Of a stretch of 64,000 nt of DNA, positions 56,309 through 64,000 are shown piece by piece; position 1 is the first letter of the stretch, and each line of letters opens with the position of its first letter. The stretch covers positions 2,304,001 to 2,368,000 of the forward strand of contig CBDCDS010000003.1 in the NCBI GenBank assembly GCA_965215365.1, written 5' to 3'. Origin of the DNA: Gammaproteobacteria bacterium. GTDB taxonomy: Bacteria; Pseudomonadota; Gammaproteobacteria; Eutrophobiales; Eutrophobiaceae. The notes under the pieces were generated by a model, which saw nothing but the letters and a program-made list of their open reading frames with translations, was not told the DNA's origin and ran no database searches. The position numbers and the translations under genes are program-made.

Positions 56309-58762
56309 CTAAAACCCCATGCGCAAACCGAAGATGCCGGAACGCCCCGGCAGCGGCGCCTCATTCTTCACAAAGGAAATGTGCCGGCGTATCTCCTCAT
56401 CCAGCAAGTTGGAGCCGCGCGCAAACAGCGTGACCCTGTTGCCGCCCAGCCTGAACATGTATTCAGCATAGATATCCAGCAGGTGATAACCATCTGTCTG
56501 CGTCTCCAACGGCGCGGTGCTGTCCTGCTCGTTCACGCGCGTATAGTTTACAGCCGCATACCAGTTGCCGCGTGAGTAAGTGAGACCCGAACCGAAACGC
56601 CAGGGGGTGATGCGCGCCAGGTTGATATTGTTGCTGCGTTCGCCTTCCACATAGTCGGTCCACAGCCGCAATACCAGCCTGCCGTTGTTATCATCCATGA
56701 GACGCACCCGGGTTTCCGCCTCGAAACCCAGGAATTCCACATCGTCCTGGCTGACGTAAACCAGAAACAGCTCCTCATCGACTCCCGCGTCCAGAATATC
56801 AGCCGGATCGCCGTCAAAGCCTTCCGTTACCCGGTCGGCAAAACCGTCGCCGTTTAAGTCCTGCTGCTGATAGTAGATGTAATCGTCAATCCGGTTATAG
56901 AAGAAATTCACCGAAGCAGTGAGTTTCCCTGCCGTCTTGCGCCAGTAGATATCGACATTATTGGACTTTTCCCTGGCCAGACCAGCGTCACCAATCTCGT
57001 ATGTCGTGCTCGCCAGATGCGGGCCGTTCGCATACAACTCGCTAAGCGCTGGCGCCCGCTGCGAATGGCCTAAGGAAAAGCCAGTCTGGTAGCCCGGAGC
57101 ATAATCCCAGTTCAGGCCGCCGGAGGCGCTGAACAGGTCGTGACTGCTTGCATCACCGGTCTCTGTCTCTGCGCTGGTATCCTGGTGTTCATAGCGTGCG
57201 CCCAGCTCGATATGCACCGGCCCGATATCCGTTTTTTCCAGCACGAAAACTCCGAACGACTCCAGCTCCGACAGGGGGATAAAACTCTCCGGGCCGTCGG
57301 TGACGAAGTCCTGATGCCGATAGTGGAAGCCGACCGCACCACTCCAGTCACCGATGGGGTCATGCAGGAACTCGACGCGGCCTTCCACTTCCTCGTTATC
57401 GAACAGCGTGCCTGATCCTTCCTCACCCTCTAGGTGCTGATAGTCGCTATAGCCCCAGCGCATCTTGACGCGACTCAGGCCAGGCAACGGCTCATCCATA
57501 GCTGCGACAAAATCGTAGCGGGTCTGTTCCATGTCAATGCGCGCGCCACCTTCTTCCTCATTATCGTGATGCTCTTCATCGCCATGGTCGTGAGCGTCGC
57601 CTTCACCGTGAGTGTCACGATCGCCGTCATGGAGCTCGTCATCATCGTGGTCATGATCGCCGTCCTCGTCATCATGGTGTTCCTCATCATCATGGTCATG
57701 AGCGCCGTCCTCGTCGTCATGATGCTCGTCCTTATCATGGTCATCGTGATCATCGTGGTCGTCATGGTCATCATGGTCATCATGGTCATCATGGTCATCG
57801 TGATCATCGTGGTCGTCATGGTCATCATGGTCATCGTGATCATCGTGGTCGTCATGGTCGTCATGGTCATCGTGATCATCGTGGTCGTCATGGTCGTCAT
57901 GGTCGTCATGGTCGTGACCATGATGGTGGTGGTGATGCCCTGGTATCCCGTACTTGTTCTCATAGTGGCTCACGGAAAACCCGGCATACCCGCGGGCGCC
58001 GACCCAGGACAGGCCGCCTGAGATATTCTCGGTCTTGCGACTGCTGTTGGCTAGGGTACCCCGACTCGAATCCTCTGGTTCCAACTCCGCAAAGCCCGGG
58101 ATATTGTAATCATCCATATTACGCGTCATCCCATCGATATGAAAGGCGAAATTGCCCACCCCGAAATTCAACCTGCCGGCGCCGGTCATACCATCCGCCA
58201 CGGTTTCATATTGCAAGGCCACCTCACCTTCCACATCGTCGGGTACGTAGTCAAGTATCCTACCTTTTACAACGTTGACAATGCCGCCGCTGCCGCCGCT
58301 ACCGAACAGTAACGTCGCCGGCCCGCGCAATATCTCCACCTGCTGCGACAGCAGCGCCTCCGTAGTCACCGCGTGGTCGGCGCTGAAGCTGCCGGCATCC
58401 ATGCTGCTGAGGCCATCTTCCAGTATCAGTACCCGGTTACCACTCTGCCCGCGGATAACAGGACGCCCCACCCCGGTGCCGTAGTCACTGGAGGCAATAC
58501 CTGGTTCATTGGCAACTGTTTCACCAATGTTGCTGATACTGCGGGTTCGCAGCGCCTCTTTTGATAGAATCCGGACCGGCTGGACGATATGCTCATCGAT
58601 CGCGGATAACGGATGGGCAGTGACCCTGATCTCCTCAAGGGAGGCGCCAGCGGTGGGTGTGCTTTTATTTCTTTCCTGGGCATGACCTGAGGTTGCCTCG
58701 GCCTGCGCCAGCGATACATGGACGCCCGCGAGTGCGAGCGCCAGAACGGCGATGCGTAACAT
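56309..58762 (-). CDS. TonB-dependent receptor, ZnuD-like, with a very long His/Asp insert
   Basis: Signal peptide, GRPVIRG, S.DHAV, EILRGPATLLFG, ELYANGPHLA, H.SFVK..APLPGR, terminal F. Confidence 0.9.
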   Translation of the reverse strand: MLRIAVLALALAGVHVSLAQAEATSGHAQERNKSTPTAGASLEEIRVTAHPLSAIDEHIVQPVRILSKEALRTRSISNIGETVANEPGIASSDYGTGVGRPVIRGQSGNRVLILEDGLSSMDAGSFSADHAVTTEALLSQQVEILRGPATLLFGSGGSGGIVNVVKGRILDYVPDDVEGEVALQYETVADGMTGAGRLNFGVGNFAFHIDGMTRNMDDYNIPGFAELEPEDSSRGTLANSSRKTENISGGLSWVGARGYAGFSVSHYENKYGIPGHHHHHHGHDHDDHDDHDDHDDHDDHDDHDDHDDHDDHDDHDDHDDHDDHDDHDDHDDHDDHDDHDDHDKDEHHDDEDGAHDHDDEEHHDDEDGDHDHDDDELHDGDRDTHGEGDAHDHGDEEHHDNEEEGGARIDMEQTRYDFVAAMDEPLPGLSRVKMRWGYSDYQHLEGEEGSGTLFDNEEVEGRVEFLHDPIGDWSGAVGFHYRHQDFVTDGPESFIPLSELESFGVFVLEKTDIGPVHIELGARYEHQDTSAETETGDASSHDLFSASGGLNWDYAPGYQTGFSLGHSQRAPALSELYANGPHLASTTYEIGDAGLAREKSNNVDIYWRKTAGKLTASVNFFYNRIDDYIYYQQQDLNGDGFADRVTEGFDGDPADILDAGVDEELFLVYVSQDDVEFLGFEAETRVRLMDDNNGRLVLRLWTDYVEGERSNNINLARITPWRFGSGLTYSRGNWYAAVNYTRVNEQDSTAPLETQTDGYHLLDIYAEYMFRLGGNRVTLFARGSNLLDEEIRRHISFVKNEAPLPGRSGIFGLRMGF
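57734..57915 (-). repeat. About 20 copies of a 9-bp coding repeat (His-Asp-Asp)
   Basis: TCATGGTCA/TCATGGTCG/TCGTGATCA variants inside the receptor gene. Confidence 0.92.
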
Positions 58763-58809
58763 TTGGATATCTCCACATAGATACAACTGGAATAGTGCCG
58801 AGCGTTATT

Positions 58810-58836
58810 GGGCACCTCTGAAAATCAGAGGTTACC
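58810..58836. repeat. Family B minimal hairpin
   Basis: GGGCACCTCTGA-AAA-TCAGAGGTTACC. Confidence 0.65.
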
Positions 58837-58861
58837 TGCTCGGACAAACAGGTAGAACAGG

Positions 58862-59152
58862 TTATGTGGAAATCAGCGGCGGCGAGCGGGCGTGGGTAGT
58901 GGAACGGTCGTGTGAATAGTACCTGCTTGCAGCTACCGCCTGGGGGGCGGCGTTAGCGGCAGGTATGAGTGTGCAAGTATCGCCGGCGGCCACTGCATTG
59001 CCGTCAAATATCGACTGCGTCAGGCATTGCTGGCAATGCTCATGGGGTTCCAGCAGCTCATGCTCGAACTGATGCGCAAGCGCGGCGGCCTGCCCGCACA
59101 GGAGCAGAGCAGAGAACAACCAGGCCGACAAGGATTTACGTACCAAAGTCAT
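58862..59152 (-). CDS. DUF2946-like leader protein with CxxC and C-terminal RSPP
   Basis: Hydrophobic N-terminus, H..EH....HEHCQQC, HARSPP; directly upstream of the TonB receptor. Confidence 0.7.
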   Translation of the reverse strand: MTLVRKSLSAWLFSALLLCGQAAALAHQFEHELLEPHEHCQQCLTQSIFDGNAVAAGDTCTLIPAANAAPQAVAASRYYSHDRSTTHARSPPLIST

Positions 59153-59155
59153 GGT

Positions 59156-59581
59156 TTATTTAGCGGGATGCTCCGGGCATAAACAGGACTGCTGGCGCCG
59201 GCACAGGCGGTAGTTCCAATAATGACCCAGGGCAATGGTGACAGCACCGCAGACGGTCAACGCCCGTTCCTGAAAGTCGCTGATAACACCCTCGCCCAAA
59301 AGTACCGCCGACAGCAACAACAACAGGCCAACCAGACCGACGCCAAGCAAGCGATAGCGCTGGTGCTGTTTGCAGCCTATAGTCAGGGCATAGACACTGA
59401 TGGGTAGCACCGCCAGCGCCATCCACAGATGAAACGCCTCATCGTCGAACTGCAACGCCGCCAGACCGGGCAGCATCACGATGAGCACCGGCGTAGCCAG
59501 ACATTGCAGCAGGCACAGCAGCGACAAACTCATGGCCGTCTTGTCTGTCAACGCGCGCAGGCCTGTTGTAGTGATTTTCAC
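59156..59581 (-). CDS. MerC-domain membrane protein
   Basis: DKTAMSLSLLCLLQCLATP, E.FH, GCKQH, E..LTV.G, H.WN.RLC. Confidence 0.85.
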   Translation of the reverse strand: MKITTTGLRALTDKTAMSLSLLCLLQCLATPVLIVMLPGLAALQFDDEAFHLWMALAVLPISVYALTIGCKQHQRYRLLGVGLVGLLLLLSAVLLGEGVISDFQERALTVCGAVTIALGHYWNYRLCRRQQSCLCPEHPAK

Positions 59582-59708
59582 GTAAACCTGAACTCCCGCA
59601 TTCAAAGTTTTGTACACAGCATGAAAAGCAGTATAACAGTACTGTCAAGCAAAACCTGTTTTCCCCCATCCCCCAGACATTCCCGCTGAATGCCGGGGTT
59701 GGCGGGAA

Positions 59709-60191
59709 CTACTGTGTTTTCCCAGGCCCCAGCGCGGCCACGGCGTGCACGGCAATGCCTTCGCAGTTGCCGATAAAGCCCATTTTCTCGTTGGTGGTGG
59801 CCTTGACGTTGACGGCATCCCGGCTCAGGCCCAGGTCGGCGGCCAGATTGGCGCGCATGGCGTCGATATGCGGCGCCATTTTGGGTTCTTCGACAATGAT
59901 GGTGAGGTCTGCATTCAGCACCTGATGGTTATTTTGCGCCAGCAGCTCATGCACCTGCCGCAACAGGATGCGGCTGTCCACGTTTTTGAAATCCTTGCTG
60001 GTATCCGGGAAGTGCTTGCCGATGTCGCCCAGCGCCGCCGCGCCCAGCAAGGCATCACACAGCGCATGGATGACCACATCGCCGTCGGAATGCGCCAGCA
60101 GGCCCTTGTCGTGCGGAACCTTGACGCCGCCGAGTATCAGCGGCCGCCCTGCTATGAACCTGTGGGTATCGTAACCGTGGCCGATTCTCAT
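59709..60191 (-). CDS. ispF: MEcPP synthase
   Basis: [32 protein letters not shown]. Confidence 0.97.
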   Translation of the reverse strand: MRIGHGYDTHRFIAGRPLILGGVKVPHDKGLLAHSDGDVVIHALCDALLGAAALGDIGKHFPDTSKDFKNVDSRILLRQVHELLAQNNHQVLNADLTIIVEEPKMAPHIDAMRANLAADLGLSRDAVNVKATTNEKMGFIGNCEGIAVHAVAALGPGKTQ

Positions 60192-60885
60192 AATGCTGTC
60201 CTCAAATAAAACTCCGCCAGCGCCAGATCTTCCGGCGTTGACACCTTGATATTATGCGCGCCGCCGGGTACCAGCAGCGGCGAGTAGCCGCGCTGTTCCA
60301 GCGCCTGGGCTTCGTCCGTGACCAGGAGCTTGTCGGCCAGGGTTGCGGTCAGCGCTTCCTGCAACAGGCCCAACCGAAACATCTGCGGCGTCAGTGCGCG
60401 CCACAGGCGCGCGCGTTCCAACGTGCTTTCAATGGCCCGGTCCGGGCCGGCCTGCTTGACCGTGTCTCGCACTGGCAGGGCCAGGATACCACCGACCTCA
60501 TGCGCGCCAACCCCGTCCATGAGCGCGTCTATATCGGCCGGCGTGACACAGGGCCGGGCTGCGTCGTGCACCAGTACCCAGTCGCTGTGCGCGGCGCGTT
60601 CGGCCAGACGGTTCAAACCGTTCAGGACGGAATGGCAACGTTCCTTGCCACCGGCGGCCGTGACGATGCGAGGATGGCCGGATACTGCCAGCGTCGGCCA
60701 GCGGGCATCGTCCGCCGCCACCACTACGACCACACCCCGAATCCGCGGGTGTTCACAGAACGGCAGCAGGCTGTGCTCAATGACGGGCCGGCCCAGCAGC
60801 TCAAGATATTGCTTGGGTTTGCCGGCGCCCATGCGCCGGCCGACCCCGCCCGCGGGCATGACCGCCCAACAGTCCGGCGCAACGC

Positions 60886-60889
<4 letters not shown>
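60188..60889 (-). CDS. ispD: MEP cytidylyltransferase
   Basis: [27 protein letters not shown]. Confidence 0.96.
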
Positions 60890-63370
<2,481 letters not shown>

Positions 63371-63372
63371 GG

Positions 63373-64000
63373 TCAGACCTCCTTGCAGGTAGCGCCCCTG
63401 CCATAAGATTCTGACCTGTTCAGCGCGGCCCTGATAAAGCCACTGAACAACGGGTGCCCGCCCCTGGGGGTGGAATTGAATTCAGGATGGAACTGGCAGC
63501 CGACAAACCAGGGGTGGTCGGATAACTCCACGATTTCCACCAGTTTGTCATCCAGGGAGATGCCGGCAACCCGCAGCCCGTGCTGTTCCAGCTGCGCCCG
63601 GTAGTTGTTGTTGAACTCGTAGCGGTGGCGATGTCGTTCCCGGATCGTCGGCGCCTGATACAGGCGCCGCACCAGGGTGTTATCCAGCAACCGGCACTCC
63701 TGCGCGCCCAGGCGCATGGTGCCGCCCAAGTCGGAGTCCTCATCGCGTAATTCCGTGGCACCGTCGGCATTCAGCCATTCCGTGATCAGGCCAATCACCG
63801 GCGCCGGCGTGTCCGGTGCGAATTCGGTACTGTTGGCGTGCTGCATACCCGCCACATGTCGGGCAAACTCGATGACGGCCACCTGCATACCTAAGCAGAT
63901 ACCCAGGTACGGAACCTGATTCTCGCGGGCATATTGCGCGGTGGCGACCTTGCCTTCGATGCCGCGGTGACCGAAACCGCCGGGCACGATGATAGCGTCC
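63373..64000 (-). CDS. pyrG: CTP synthase (C-terminal part, runs off window)
   Basis: [25 protein letters not shown]. Confidence 0.97.
   Translation of the reverse strand, partial: DAIIVPGGFGHRGIEGKVATAQYARENQVPYLGICLGMQVAVIEFARHVAGMQHANSTEFAPDTPAPVIGLITEWLNADGATELRDEDSDLGGTMRLGAQECRLLDNTLVRRLYQAPTIRERHRHRYEFNNNYRAQLEQHGLRVAGISLDDKLVEIVELSDHPWFVGCQFHPEFNSTPRGGHPLFSGFIRAALNRSESYGRGATCKEV

Noticed and set aside
57434-58021. Met/Val/Ile-rich and Met/Thr-rich ORFs
   Set aside because: They are alternative frames of the His-Asp-Asp repeat in the TonB receptor.
59630-59650. Zur box upstream of the merC-like gene
   Set aside because: Only a half-site (TGTTATA) within the palindrome TAACAGTACTGTCA; too weak to call.
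59673-59713. Miniature IS remnant (TTCCCGC...GCGGGAA)
   Set aside because: It is short and imperfect, and may simply be the ispF terminator hairpin.

Overview
A 64-kb window of a roughly 60% GC gammaproteobacterial chromosome. Conserved housekeeping blocks are rluC-like/pdxJ-recO-era-rnc-lepB-lepA, mutH-dusA-prc-hemW, aat-infA, exbBD-lpxK-ycaR-kdsB and pyrG-kdsA-eno-ftsB-ispD-ispF. It carries three tRNAs: Gln-CTG, Pro-CGG and Ser-GGA. Accessory genes include HicAB, an MTase-GIY-YIG fusion, cofC/npdG (F420), an RND pump beside a GPP34-P450 fusion, a decaying BglII/BstYI-type R-M pair, IS remnants, a lipase/di-heme/catalase-like cluster, an uncharacterised MotA/ExbB-type three-gene module, and a zinc-uptake locus with a His/Asp-rich TonB receptor and an RSPP-ending leader protein. 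The most striking non-coding signal is a 72-nt three-hairpin module found in two places: as 11 perfect head-to-tail copies between npdG and cofC, and as an exact 72-nt insertion in the T-loop copy of each 173-bp tRNA-Ser-linked repeat. The two versions differ only in loops/linker plus one compensatory base pair, and both keep an exact CsrA/RsmA consensus loop on the transcribed strand. All calls come from reading motifs and synteny by eye; no database searches were run.
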